A stretch of 64,000 nt of DNA from an uncultured Candidatus Saccharibacteria bacterium (GTDB lineage: Bacteria; Patescibacteriota; CPR2; UBA1875; CAIMLA01): contig CAZQLQ010000001.1 in NCBI GenBank assembly GCA_964594415.1, positions 28,850 to 92,849 on the forward strand, given 5' to 3'. Within the stretch, counting starts at the first letter, position 1, and the number at the start of each line of letters is the position of its first letter. The translations under genes and the position numbers were made by a program. The notes under the pieces were generated by a model. That model was given only the letters and a program-made list of their open reading frames with translations. It was not told where the DNA came from and did no database searches. Below are positions 1 to 9,433 of the stretch, piece by piece.

Positions 1-1
1 T

Positions 2-415
2 GGGGACATAGATCCGTCGCTTATATTTTATTTGATGGAAGAAATGAATATTTCTGCTGAAGAAGTAACAGCGCTTCTTAATAAGAAAAGTGGTTTGCTT
101 GGCATCTCTGGAATTAGCAATGATATTCGTCCTATCGAAGAAGCAGCTGAAAAAGGCGACAAAAGAGCACAGCTCGCGCTTGATATGTTTATCTATGCGG
201 TAAAAAAATTTATGGGATCTTTTATATTCATTATGGGGGGAGTGGATGCAATTATCTTTACTGCCGGTATAGGTGAGAACGATCCTTATGTAAGAGCGGA
301 AGTTACAAGTGATTTAGAATTTTTGAAGGAAAAACCTGAGATTATGGTAATTCCTACAAACGAAGAATTGATGATTGCTGTTCTTACTAATGAAGTAATA
401 ACAACAGCTAAATAA
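2..415 (+). CDS. ackA: acetate kinase, C-terminal part (5' end lies outside the window)
   Basis: The frame is open from base 2: [41 protein letters not shown] matches the C-terminal ASKHA fold and conserved motifs of acetate/propionate kinases. Confidence 0.8.
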   Translation, partial: GDIDPSLIFYLMEEMNISAEEVTALLNKKSGLLGISGISNDIRPIEEAAEKGDKRAQLALDMFIYAVKKFMGSFIFIMGGVDAIIFTAGIGENDPYVRAEVTSDLEFLKEKPEIMVIPTNEELMIAVLTNEVITTAK

Positions 416-419
416 TATT

Positions 420-800
420 GCCCGAGTAGTAACAAGAGTTACTAAGTCATAGCCATCCCGAGATTGTCGAGGGATCTCTTTTGGGCCTAGATCCTTCGAA
501 TCGCTTAGTTTCCTCAGGATGACAATACTATCGTTCGAGGCGAAGCCGAGAACTATCTTGTAACTTCTCGCTTTGCTCGAAGAATAATTTTTCGTGTCAT
601 CCCTGATGCCAAACCAGTAATTATATAAAGACGTCATTCTGACCGACGATTCCGATGAGCTCGTGTCGGACTCCGTCGGAGAGCTTGTCGAAGAATCTAG
701 ATTCCCGTGTCAAGCACGAGAATGACGATAGGCAGAGACCCTTCGAATCGCTTCGCTCCCTTAGCATGACAGATATTTTGTATGGATTCCTGGAATGATG
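420..800. repeat. non-coding island of GC-rich hairpin repeats (gtcattctg..gtcgaagaatct family), MITE/REP-like
   Basis: 634-698 is ~85% identical to 41249-41314. 530-590 shares 'tcgaggcgaagccgagaact..cttgtaacttctc' with 41557-41621. 'ttgtcgagggatctc' recurs at 460-478 and 41298-41316. No credible ORF; the 314..637 minus-strand ORF is spurious. Confidence 0.6.
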
Positions 801-872
801 CGCCTTTCTTTACTTCTATTATCAGTTGTGATATAAAGTTGAAGATTTTCTTGCGGATGCTCATTAAAAATT

Positions 873-1337
873 TTGATTGGAGGACGAGATATGCTTAATG
901 CCGAAGAATTAAGACTTTTTGCCGATAGCTTTCCCGCCTATGCAGAAATTGTTCTGAAGCCAATTGTTTTGTTAACAGAGATCGACCTTTCTCTATCAAC
1001 AGTAGTGCGGAATATCATTGGGTATATGATGGAAGACGGCTTGTTTTCCTATAGGCACTTAGAGAAGAATGAAGAATTAAGAGAAGAAGTCAAAATAGCA
1101 ATTTTGATTATGTTGGATTCAACAGAAAACAAAAACATAGTTAATATTTCCTTCCGACAGAAACCTGGTTTTGATTTCAAGATGTTTCCAACATATATAT
1201 CTGGATTAAACTTAAAAATTATTATTCATGGGGTAATCGTTCAGTCGTTTATAACAAAGGAATCTTGTGAAGGTTATCTGCATCTTACTAGTCCAGAGAC
1301 CCTACATGATTTAATTGTTTCTGCCGACAATTTATAA
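873..1337 (+). CDS. hypothetical protein
   Basis: A 154-aa ORF with an upstream GGAGG-like RBS. No recognisable motifs. Confidence 0.45.
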   Translation: MIGGRDMLNAEELRLFADSFPAYAEIVLKPIVLLTEIDLSLSTVVRNIIGYMMEDGLFSYRHLEKNEELREEVKIAILIMLDSTENKNIVNISFRQKPGFDFKMFPTYISGLNLKIIIHGVIVQSFITKESCEGYLHLTSPETLHDLIVSADNL

Positions 1338-1363
1338 AGATTTGCTAAGGAGGATGAAAGGAA

Positions 1364-1735
1364 ATGTTTTTATTTTTAAAAATGAGAAATGGAGAAACTG
1401 AGATTCTAAATCCTGATTCAGCAGACAAAGCTTTCTCTGCTCTGGGGATCACGCCTAAAGATTTACTTGGAGAGAAGAACAGCTATATGAATGACTTTTT
1501 AAAGAAATATCGTGAAATAGAGATTCTGAAGCGATCTGAAAAGCTGATGGAAGAACTAAGAGAGGCGGAGGAGCTCCAAAAAGCATATCATTCTTTTAAT
1601 AAGCAACCCGCCCCTAACCGTTCTAATTGTCACAGCTCTCATTCCTCTTCCGCTTTTTGTGGTGGCGGAGGTGGCGGTGGCGGTGGTGGCGGTGGCGGCG
1701 GCGGCGGCGGCGGAGGTGGCGGTGGCCAGCGGTAA
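1364..1735 (+). CDS. hypothetical protein with a C-terminal poly-glycine tract (22 Gly)
   Basis: The ORF is preceded by aaggagg. Its C-terminus is encoded by a (GGN)22 microsatellite at 1661-1726. Confidence 0.4.
   Translation: MFLFLKMRNGETEILNPDSADKAFSALGITPKDLLGEKNSYMNDFLKKYREIEILKRSEKLMEELREAEELQKAYHSFNKQPAPNRSNCHSSHSSSAFCGGGGGGGGGGGGGGGGGGGGGGQR
1661..1726 (+). repeat. (GGY/GGA)22 trinucleotide microsatellite encoding poly-Gly
   Basis: 66 nt of ggt/ggc/gga repeats in an otherwise AT-rich genome. Confidence 0.9.
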
Positions 1736-1756
1736 CCCTCAGTAAAATTTTAATGC

Positions 1757-1788
1757 AAGCCCTATTTGTCTGTAATAGGGCTTTTTTC
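1757..1788. terminator. bidirectional rho-independent terminator between convergent genes
   Basis: The hairpin agccctat..atagggct is followed by a T-run (cttttttctattttttt). Confidence 0.6.
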
Positions 1789-2997
1789 TATTTTTTTATG
1801 TTCTAGAACCAATATCTCACGCCCTACGAATTGGTCAGGACGAGCGTATGTCAAATTCCCTCTGCCCGGTAATGCTATTTTTACTGAGGCCGGGAGGGGT
1901 CTGATTCTTAAAAAGCCCAATTCCTCAATTCTGTCCATGATAGGCAGATAAAAATATTCTTTGTCAACAATAAAGAATGGAATAGCCAGAACTATACGAC
2001 CATTTTCCGAAAGCATTTCTTTGAAGTTTTTTAGAACTTCAATGTAAAATTCTGCTAAATTTTTTGTGTCGTTTATCGCTTTTTCGCGGTCTCTTTTTAT
2101 TGGTTCTCCGAGGTACCCCTCGGCAACGATTCCGTCAGATTTTACCAACTTTTTTGGGGTCAAAATGTCGCTAGTGAACAAGTTTTCTAATGGAAAATTG
2201 TCTGAACTAAAATTTTGAACAAACCATCTTAAATTTTGCTCAGAATCGGTAATAAAATCAGGATTTAAATCGCTTCCAAAGACATTTTTGTAACCTAAAA
2301 ACAGTGCCTCTTGGAGGACGGTTCCGCTCCCGCAAAACGGGTCATAAATCACACCTTCTTTTGGGGTTTCGGAAAGATTGATCATTATCTGGGCAAGTTT
2401 TGGGGGAAGCATTCCATTCCTGTCATTTCGTCTTGGTCTGCCGAAATCTCTTTTGGAATAAGATTTATAGTCTTGGACTGAAATAGTTTTTCCGACGATG
2501 AAGTTTTCTTTTCCTTCAACTAAAATTATTTCAAAACCGGTTTCAAGCAATTTATTTTCATTCACTATAACGCTAGAAAGTCCTAATTGTTTCCCTGTAA
2601 CAAACCGCGCCCTGAAATTATTATTTAATAGATATTCCTTCAAGTCGATTCCTAGCTGGAAAATAAAATTTTTAGAAATATTACCATATCCAGAAATCCC
2701 AAAGTTGACCCTTTTTTCCTTTCTAGTTCCTTTAAAATTATCGGTAACAAGACTAAAAAGGTCGCTTTCGTTTGCGTTTAGATTTAATACGGAGAACAAT
2801 TTGATGGTTCCCCCTAAGGTATTTATATCAAAGTCATTAATTTCGCTTCCGTATGAGGAAACGATTAGTATGTTTCCGCTTTGAAAAACTACCTCAAATT
2901 CAATATAAAATCTGCGTAGAGCAGAGTTTATCTCGGCTATACTAATGGCGATATCTTTCCCAAGAACAAAGCCTAAATAGTTTTTTCCATCATTCAT
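1762..2997 (-). CDS. THUMP-domain class I SAM-dependent RNA (m2G-type) methyltransferase
   Basis: A DPFCGSGT SAM-binding motif follows an N-terminal THUMP-like domain, as in RlmL/Trm14/TrmN-family RNA methyltransferases. 411 aa. Confidence 0.7.
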   Translation of the reverse strand: MNDGKNYLGFVLGKDIAISIAEINSALRRFYIEFEVVFQSGNILIVSSYGSEINDFDINTLGGTIKLFSVLNLNANESDLFSLVTDNFKGTRKEKRVNFGISGYGNISKNFIFQLGIDLKEYLLNNNFRARFVTGKQLGLSSVIVNENKLLETGFEIILVEGKENFIVGKTISVQDYKSYSKRDFGRPRRNDRNGMLPPKLAQIMINLSETPKEGVIYDPFCGSGTVLQEALFLGYKNVFGSDLNPDFITDSEQNLRWFVQNFSSDNFPLENLFTSDILTPKKLVKSDGIVAEGYLGEPIKRDREKAINDTKNLAEFYIEVLKNFKEMLSENGRIVLAIPFFIVDKEYFYLPIMDRIEELGFLRIRPLPASVKIALPGRGNLTYARPDQFVGREILVLEHKKIEKSPITDK

Positions 2998-3043
2998 ATC
3001 GGGAATTATAGCAAAACTAATGAAAAATTACGAGTAAAAGAGA

Positions 3044-3072
3044 TTGAAAATCTCGCACAAATAAGTTATAAT
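3044..3072 (+). promoter_or_regulatory. consensus sigma70-like promoter (TTGAAA-17bp-TATAAT) oriented toward the tRNA pair
   Basis: ttgaaa at 3044-3049, a 17-nt spacer, and tataat at 3067-3072. Confidence 0.35.
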
Positions 3073-3237
3073 CTAATAGCTTTGTGAATCTATAAGTCGA
3101 GCTTAATTTATAAGAGAATGACTGTCTTATTCGCAACAAGTGTTCCTAAATCATAGATCTTTAAGAAGGAAGAAGTCGCGTAAAGGTAAAATAAACCGTA
3201 ATAGCTACTTGTCCGGCCTGGAAGCGGATTTGGACGA

Positions 3238-3313
3238 GCGCTCGTAGCTCAGGGGATAGAGCAGTAGCCTTCTAAGCTATTGGCCGGAGGTTCGAATCCT
3301 CCCGAGCGCGCCA
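3238..3313 (+). tRNA. tRNA-Arg (anticodon TCT)
   Basis: A 76-nt cloverleaf: acceptor GCGCTCG/CGAGCGC, D-arm GCTC-AGGGGATA-GAGC, anticodon loop CTTCTAA, T-arm GGAGG-TTCGAAT-CCTCC, and an encoded CCA. Confidence 0.9.
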
Positions 3314-3470
3314 CGTCGCAATTTGCTGGCAGGTTGCGCAGATTAGCCGAAGGCTAACTGCTTCACCTTTTCACTATTGCTCCTTTTCCGAAAAAATTAA
3401 AAATTTTTTCGGCGAGAGAACGGTAAATAAGCAAATTTTTTGGAAACAAAAAAATTCGCGAAATATTCGC

Positions 3471-3546
3471 GGGCCTGTAGCTCAGTCGGTAGAGCAATTG
3501 CCTCTTAAGCAACTGGTCGTGGGTTCGAGTCCCACCAGGCCCTCCA
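3471..3546 (+). tRNA. tRNA-Lys (anticodon CTT)
   Basis: A 76-nt cloverleaf: acceptor GGGCCTG/CAGGCCC, anticodon loop CTCTTAA, T-arm GTGGG-TTCGAGT-CCCAC, and an encoded CCA. Confidence 0.88.
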
Positions 3547-3611
3547 TTCTTCGCACATTAATTTGGTATAAATAAAAAGAAGAATGTCCTGAGCGTAGTC
3601 GAAGGACAAGT

Positions 3612-3643
3612 AAGCTTTGTAAGCAAAGCTGTTTTATTTTTTT
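3612..3643 (+). terminator. rho-independent terminator after the tRNA pair
   Basis: The hairpin agctttg-taag-caaagct is followed by gttttattttttt. Confidence 0.55.
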
Positions 3644-3768
3644 CGTATTTATTCCGTGGTCAACAAAATCAGATAAATTTTGTCGATAATAATAAAGAAG
3701 TCCACACTTGAAAATCTAAAAGTTATGTTATTATACATTGAGAATAAAAATAAATTAGGAGATAAATT

Positions 3769-4287
3769 ATGTCAGAAGAAACAAAGACACCACAAGAATC
3801 AAGAGATATTACGACAATTCTAATTGTTGCAGCCATCATTATTTTGGCTTGTATTATCGGTTTTGCATGGAATAAATCAAATAAGGACGAAGAAGCGAAT
3901 GCAAATACCACCACTACGACTATTGTAGAGACAGCAAAAGATGCAGGCGCAATGGGATCAAATGAAATCAGCATAACATCCGATAACTTTTCTGAGAAAG
4001 TAGAGAAGTCAGATAAGCTTGTTGTTGTTGATATGTTTATGCCTTCCTGTCCGCATTGCAAAGATTACGCTCCTAACTTTACAGCTGTCGCCGATGAATA
4101 TTCTGGAAAAGCAGTCGTATTTGGCAAAATGGATCTTTCGGTAGCTTCTAATAATAAATTTGCAAATGATATGGGGATTAACAGTGTTCCAACAACTTTG
4201 ATCTACAAAGATGGCAGTCAAGTGTCAAAAATGGTTGGGTCAAAAACCCCTGATGAGCTAAAGGCAGAGATTGGTAAATATCTTTAA
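3769..4287 (+). CDS. membrane-anchored thioredoxin-family protein (CPHC active site)
   Basis: An N-terminal TM helix, a Thr-rich linker, then a thioredoxin fold with FMPSCPHCKDYAP. Confidence 0.7.
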   Translation: MSEETKTPQESRDITTILIVAAIIILACIIGFAWNKSNKDEEANANTTTTTIVETAKDAGAMGSNEISITSDNFSEKVEKSDKLVVVDMFMPSCPHCKDYAPNFTAVADEYSGKAVVFGKMDLSVASNNKFANDMGINSVPTTLIYKDGSQVSKMVGSKTPDELKAEIGKYL

Positions 4288-4289
4288 TT

Positions 4290-4322
4290 GAAAAAAGCGC
4301 CCCTTGCGGGGCGCTTTTAGAT
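4290..4322. terminator. bidirectional rho-independent terminator
   Basis: aaaaaagcgcccc-ttgc-ggggcgctttt lies between convergent genes. Confidence 0.7.
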
Positions 4323-4331
4323 TTTTTATAA

Positions 4332-4721
4332 TTATTTTTGTTTTTTCTCGTAATAATCGAGAAGTTCTTTTACTCTAACTGCGACTTCGAGCGGGGTAAG
4401 TTCGGACTTGATCAGATACTCTGTTGCCCCCAGTTTATATATCTGTTCTGCGGTTTTTTCATCTGCAAGGTTGGTAAGAACAATTACTAAAAGTTCACTT
4501 AGCTCAGGATCTTGCTTCACCTGCCTTAGTACTTCAAAACCATCAACCAGTGGCATCATTATATCGAGTAGTAAGACATCGGGTTGAATCCTTTTTATTT
4601 CGTCTAATGCGCTTTGACCATCCTCTACCGAGAAAACTTCAAACCCCTCCAATCCAAATTTTAGTTTATACATATCTAGAAGTTGGATATCATCTTCAGC
4701 TATCAATATCTTTGTTGCCAT
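4332..4721 (-). CDS. stand-alone response regulator receiver domain (CheY-like)
   Basis: AEDD, LLDIMMP (phospho-acceptor Asp), conserved T and K positions. No output domain; 129 aa. Confidence 0.8.
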   Translation of the reverse strand: MATKILIAEDDIQLLDMYKLKFGLEGFEVFSVEDGQSALDEIKRIQPDVLLLDIMMPLVDGFEVLRQVKQDPELSELLVIVLTNLADEKTAEQIYKLGATEYLIKSELTPLEVAVRVKELLDYYEKKQK

Positions 4722-4816
4722 TGTTTCATTTTCCTCTTTTTATTATAATAATTCTATCTCAATTTAGCCGAATTACCAAGCTTTTATAAATTAAACTTTA
4801 ATTATAAGGGTCAAAT

Positions 4817-6565
4817 ATGTCAAGCTCAGAAAAGGTTTTTTCCCCAAAGAATATTTTTGAATTGTTCTTGAATAGCGCGGAAAAATATCATAAGAAGGAA
4901 GCGCTTCGATATAAGACAGGACATTATTATGAACATTTGAGATACGAAGACTTAAAGAATGAGGTAATTTCCTTAGCAGTATCTTTAAGAAAAATGGGGC
5001 TTAAAAAAGGAGACAGGGTAATCTTGTTTTCTGAGAATAGGCCAGAATGGGTAATTTGTGATTTAGCATTTGCAGCAATCGGAGTAGTAAACGTTCCTGT
5101 TCATGTCGTTCTCTCGGTGCCTCAGTTTGTAGATATAATTAATGAAATAGAGCCGAAGGTTTTGTTTTTCTCTGGAAACAGTTCCTTGGAAAAAATCTTA
5201 GAGGCTTATAAACTGATAAACAGAATTCCTTGTACGATCTCCTATGAAAAGATTAGTTCTGAAAGAATTAGCAATTTAATCTTCTTTAAAGAGCTTATTT
5301 CGCATAAACCTTCAAAAAAAGAGGAACTGTCAGTAATAGAGCATTCTGGAGAGGTAGGGCCTACTGATCTTATTAGTATTACTTACACTTCGGGGTCTAC
5401 CGGACATCCGAAAGGCGTTAAGCTAACCCACGGGAACATAATTGAAAATATTAAATCAATAATGGATTCCTATCAAGATGATATAAAGCCAGAGGATAGG
5501 CTCTTTTCCGTTTTGCCATTGTCGCACATATTTGAAAGGACTGCGGGATATTATGTGCCATTTTGTTATGGTGCGAGTATATCTTATTGTATTGATTTAA
5601 CTGACTTTTCAAATGAGATTAAAGATATTAGGCCTACTATAATTCTTGCTGTTCCGAGACTTTTTGAAAAAATGTATGATCAAATATTAATGAAGGCAGA
5701 AGCAAATATTCTTTCAAAAATTTTATTTCGATATGCTATTTACGTTAGAACTAAAAATAGAAACAGGGTTCTTGTTGATGCGTTTGACAAATTGGTTTTT
5801 AGCAAAATTAGAAAAAACTTGGGTGGAGAGATTAGATTTTTTGTTTCAGGTGGCGCACCACTCTCACAAGAATTAGCTGAGTTTTTTGAAAAAGTAGGTC
5901 TAATTATTTTAGAAGGGTATGGACTCACTGAAACATCTCCGGTCATAGCTAGTACCAGACTAAGAGATTACCGTTTCGGGACTGTGGGCCCTGTTGTTTC
6001 GGGAGTAGATATTAGTTTCGGTAGAAACAGCGAGATCTTTGTTAAAGGGCCAAATGTATTTAGTGGATATATAAATGAAGATGATAATAAGACTTGCTTT
6101 GTTGACGGCTGGTTTAGAACAGGAGATCTTGGGCATCTCGATAGGGGAGGATGCCTAGTAATTACTGGGAGAAGGAAGGAAATGATCGTTCTTTCTACAG
6201 GGAAAAAGGTAATACCAACGACAGTAGAGGATGCCCTCGAGGATAGTGTTTATATAGAACAAGCATTTGTCTGGGGGGAAGGAAAGAAACATATTTGTGC
6301 TTTAATCGTCCCTAATTTTGAGGCGCTAAGTAGTAAGTTTAAAAAACCTACACACGAGTTAGTAGGGAATAAGGCCGTAAACTCTCTTGTCGCACTTGAA
6401 GTAAAAGAAAGAACCAAGGACTTGGCTTCTTACGAAAAAGTTAACAAGTTTGAGGTTATCAGTAATCCCTTTACCATTGATAACGGTGAACTTACTCCCA
6501 CAATGAAGCTAAGAAGGCACGTAATATATAAAAGATACAGTGACCTGATCGAAGAAATGTATTAG
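4817..6565 (+). CDS. AMP-dependent synthetase / long-chain fatty acid--CoA ligase
   Basis: The YTSGSTGHPKGV AMP-binding motif and 582 aa overall architecture match FadD-like ligases. Confidence 0.8.
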   Translation: MSSSEKVFSPKNIFELFLNSAEKYHKKEALRYKTGHYYEHLRYEDLKNEVISLAVSLRKMGLKKGDRVILFSENRPEWVICDLAFAAIGVVNVPVHVVLSVPQFVDIINEIEPKVLFFSGNSSLEKILEAYKLINRIPCTISYEKISSERISNLIFFKELISHKPSKKEELSVIEHSGEVGPTDLISITYTSGSTGHPKGVKLTHGNIIENIKSIMDSYQDDIKPEDRLFSVLPLSHIFERTAGYYVPFCYGASISYCIDLTDFSNEIKDIRPTIILAVPRLFEKMYDQILMKAEANILSKILFRYAIYVRTKNRNRVLVDAFDKLVFSKIRKNLGGEIRFFVSGGAPLSQELAEFFEKVGLIILEGYGLTETSPVIASTRLRDYRFGTVGPVVSGVDISFGRNSEIFVKGPNVFSGYINEDDNKTCFVDGWFRTGDLGHLDRGGCLVITGRRKEMIVLSTGKKVIPTTVEDALEDSVYIEQAFVWGEGKKHICALIVPNFEALSSKFKKPTHELVGNKAVNSLVALEVKERTKDLASYEKVNKFEVISNPFTIDNGELTPTMKLRRHVIYKRYSDLIEEMY

Positions 6566-6577
6566 AATTGGTTTATT

Positions 6578-7459
6578 ATGGAAAATGCTATAGAAGTAAA
6601 AAAGTTAAAGAAAACATTTGGCAAAGTTATTGCCGTGGAAGATGTTTCTTTTGAGATAAAAGAAGCCGAGATTTTTGGTTTTTTAGGACCTAATGGGGCG
6701 GGCAAAACAACAACAATACGCTGTATTATGGATTTTATAAGACCAACTGAAGGAGAAATTTTAATAAACGGGATTGATGCGCAGAAGAATTCCGTAAAAG
6801 CCAAAGAGATAATCGGTTATCTTTCTGGCAACGTAAGACTATACGGCAGTTGGACAGGAAGAGATCATATAGACTTTATTGAAAGCATTCGAGGAAAATC
6901 AAAAAATGTTAATGAGCTCATTAAAAAACTCGATTTTAATCCAAATGTGAAATTTCATAATCTATCAAGCGGTAACAAGCAGAAGTTGGGACTGATTATA
7001 GCTCTTATGTCAGATCCGAAAATCTTAATAATGGACGAACCTACGGTAGGTCTCGACCCCTTGCTTCAAAATACGATTTATGAGATATTGCTCGATCTGA
7101 AGAAAGAGGGCGTAACTATACTTATCTCTTCTCATAATCTCAGTGAAGTTGAAAAGCTTTGTGACAAGGTAGGTATTATAAAACAGGGTAGGATGGTCGC
7201 GGTCGAACCCATAAATGAACTTGGCGAGAAGAAATTACATAGGGTAGAAGTAACGTTTGAGAGTAAATTTGAAGCCCCGGATTTTAATATTCAGGGGATT
7301 GAGAGAATTGATGAAATAAAAGATGGTCTGAGTTTCACTGTCAGCGGTGACATAAACCCACTAATTAAAAAATTAGCCGGTTACAAGCTGCAAGACATCC
7401 AAATTTCTCATGCAAGCCTAGAAGACGTATTCTTGAAATTTTACGGGAGGGAGAAATAA
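6578..7459 (+). CDS. ABC transporter ATP-binding protein
   Basis: Walker A GPNGAGKTT, signature LSSGNKQK, Walker B ILIMDEPTVGLD. Confidence 0.85.
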   Translation: MENAIEVKKLKKTFGKVIAVEDVSFEIKEAEIFGFLGPNGAGKTTTIRCIMDFIRPTEGEILINGIDAQKNSVKAKEIIGYLSGNVRLYGSWTGRDHIDFIESIRGKSKNVNELIKKLDFNPNVKFHNLSSGNKQKLGLIIALMSDPKILIMDEPTVGLDPLLQNTIYEILLDLKKEGVTILISSHNLSEVEKLCDKVGIIKQGRMVAVEPINELGEKKLHRVEVTFESKFEAPDFNIQGIERIDEIKDGLSFTVSGDINPLIKKLAGYKLQDIQISHASLEDVFLKFYGREK

Positions 7460-8268
7460 TGTTAGGTATTTTTTTTCGTTCTCTCAAAAATAATCGAAAC
7501 CAATTGGTTATTTATAGTTTGGCAAGCATAGCTTTTCTAGAGATTTATATCGCGATGTTTCCTATGATGAAAAGTCAAACAGAACAGTTGACGGAACTCC
7601 TTAAGATGTATCCGGAGTCTTTCATGAAGGCTTTTGGGTTTGATACGAGTCAGCTTCTGTTTGATAAAATAGGGGCTTTTTTGGCTACGGAGCAATTTAC
7701 CTTTATGTGGCCAATAATGGCTATTCTATTTCTGGTCTCTTATTCAAATTCTTGTATAGCGGGAGAAGTAGACAAAGGGACGATGGAAATGATTCTTTCA
7801 CAACCGGTATCCAGAATAAAGATCTTTATAGTCCGTTATTTGGCTGGACTAACAAACTTTTTAATATTTACGTTTGTATCTGTATTTGCAGTTGTTCCTT
7901 TGACTCTAATGCATGGAATTGAATTTGATATAAAAAGTTTAACCATATTTTTTTTAGAAGCATTTTTATTTGGTTTAGCGATTTATAGCTTGTCAATGTT
8001 TAGCTCTTCAATGTTCTCCGATAAAGGCAAGGCAAGTCTAGTTACTTCTGGAGTTCTTATAATAATGTACGTTGCAAATATAGTGGCGGGATTAAAAGAT
8101 AGCTTTTCTGATCTAAAGTATTTCTCATTTTTCCACTATTACAACCCTTCTTCAGCTCTTGTAAAAAATACTATTCCCGATTGGACTGTTCTAGTGTTTT
8201 TGGGATTTTCGTTAGTAATGTTTATATCTGCAATATTTTGGTTCAATAAGAGGGATATAGCGGTTTAA
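7459..8268 (+). CDS. ABC-2 family transporter permease
   Basis: A 6-TM hydrophobic 269-aa protein. Its start overlaps the stop of the ATPase gene. Confidence 0.65.
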   Translation: MLGIFFRSLKNNRNQLVIYSLASIAFLEIYIAMFPMMKSQTEQLTELLKMYPESFMKAFGFDTSQLLFDKIGAFLATEQFTFMWPIMAILFLVSYSNSCIAGEVDKGTMEMILSQPVSRIKIFIVRYLAGLTNFLIFTFVSVFAVVPLTLMHGIEFDIKSLTIFFLEAFLFGLAIYSLSMFSSSMFSDKGKASLVTSGVLIIMYVANIVAGLKDSFSDLKYFSFFHYYNPSSALVKNTIPDWTVLVFLGFSLVMFISAIFWFNKRDIAV

Positions 8269-8276
8269 ATCCTGAA

Positions 8277-9068
8277 ATGAAAAAGTATTTTAGAAAAATT
8301 GAAAAAGTTAAAGTCGGAAAAAATCATGGTAAGAAGATTTTTTTTGCCGAATTAATTAAAAATCCTCATAAAAATATTTCAAATGAAAAACGAACAGAAC
8401 TTTTAAAGGAAGTTCAATTCTTATCAAAAAAAGGTTGGGGCGATTTCGATAATCTTTATCTTAAAAAAGGAATTCTAAAATCATTTTTACTTTGTTTGTT
8501 ACGAGATGAGAACAATAGTTTAGTTGGAATGACGGCTATTAAAAAAAATAAAATATTTAATCGTGATGTTTATTCGATCGGTTTGTCTGTCGTTGATCCA
8601 GATTTTAGAGGTCTAGACCTATTAACTAGAATGGCTGTTATATTAATAAAGCGCATATTTATGGAGAGTGTTTTTAGGGGTAATTTTACAATTGAAGTTA
8701 TCTTCATTACTCCAAATATTCGTACAATGGGAGCGATTGCAAGAGAGGCGGATTTCATTTATCCAAATCCGTATGATTTTAATGAAAAAAAACAAAGTAT
8801 AGATGAGGCTGATGAAGAAACCTGGAAAACAGTAAAAGAATACCTTAGAGTTACGAAAGAAGAATATAGAAGGCTAGATAGGGAGGGTTGTGTAATGGAG
8901 GGGTTTTATGATACCAGGCCGCATTTGATTGTTAAAGAAAATGAGCATTTAGATAAAAAGTTGAATAGTTTTGGAAGGAAATATCTTTATTCTTCACCGG
9001 GTAAGGAGATCGTAGTCAGAGCCAAGATTGGCTTAGGGGCTTTGATCAGAAATGTTACTAGCCTTTGA
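8277..9068 (+). CDS. hypothetical protein (possible acyltransferase-like fold; uncertain)
   Basis: A 263-aa ORF with no confident motif. It lies between the ABC exporter and the ThiF-like gene. Confidence 0.4.
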   Translation: MKKYFRKIEKVKVGKNHGKKIFFAELIKNPHKNISNEKRTELLKEVQFLSKKGWGDFDNLYLKKGILKSFLLCLLRDENNSLVGMTAIKKNKIFNRDVYSIGLSVVDPDFRGLDLLTRMAVILIKRIFMESVFRGNFTIEVIFITPNIRTMGAIAREADFIYPNPYDFNEKKQSIDEADEETWKTVKEYLRVTKEEYRRLDREGCVMEGFYDTRPHLIVKENEHLDKKLNSFGRKYLYSSPGKEIVVRAKIGLGALIRNVTSL

Positions 9069-9095
9069 AAAATAAGGTAAAATCTAGGATTTTGT

Positions 9096-9416
9096 ATGTT
9101 TAAAAATATTAAGACAAAATATAATAGTATTCCTGAGAAATATGGTGTAAGCCCCGTAACATTTATGGTTTTATATATAGGAACATCCCCATTGTTCTTA
9201 TATTTTTTGTACCTAGTTATTAAGCATCACAAAAACACTGAAGCTTTTTTAATATATCTAATGGTTGATTTAGTAATTTTTGTTTTACCATTTATATATG
9301 TTTTGTTCTTTGGAAAAAATTTTCCGAAGAAATTCTATCCTGTTTTTTGGATAATATTTACCCTAATTATAATAATATCATTTAGGGAAATATGGCCATT
9401 GTTATTAAATCGATAA
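9096..9416 (+). CDS. small integral membrane protein (3 predicted TM helices)
   Basis: 106 aa, very hydrophobic. It lies immediately upstream of the ThiF-like gene. Confidence 0.45.
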   Translation: MFKNIKTKYNSIPEKYGVSPVTFMVLYIGTSPLFLYFLYLVIKHHKNTEAFLIYLMVDLVIFVLPFIYVLFFGKNFPKKFYPVFWIIFTLIIIISFREIWPLLLNR

Positions 9417-9433
9417 AACTATAATATGTATAT

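Noticed and set aside
314-637. 107-aa minus-strand ORF overlapping the ackA 3' end and the repeat island
   Set aside because: It overlaps a well-supported gene on the opposite strand and the GC-rich hairpin repeats. It has no RBS or motif. It is likely spurious.
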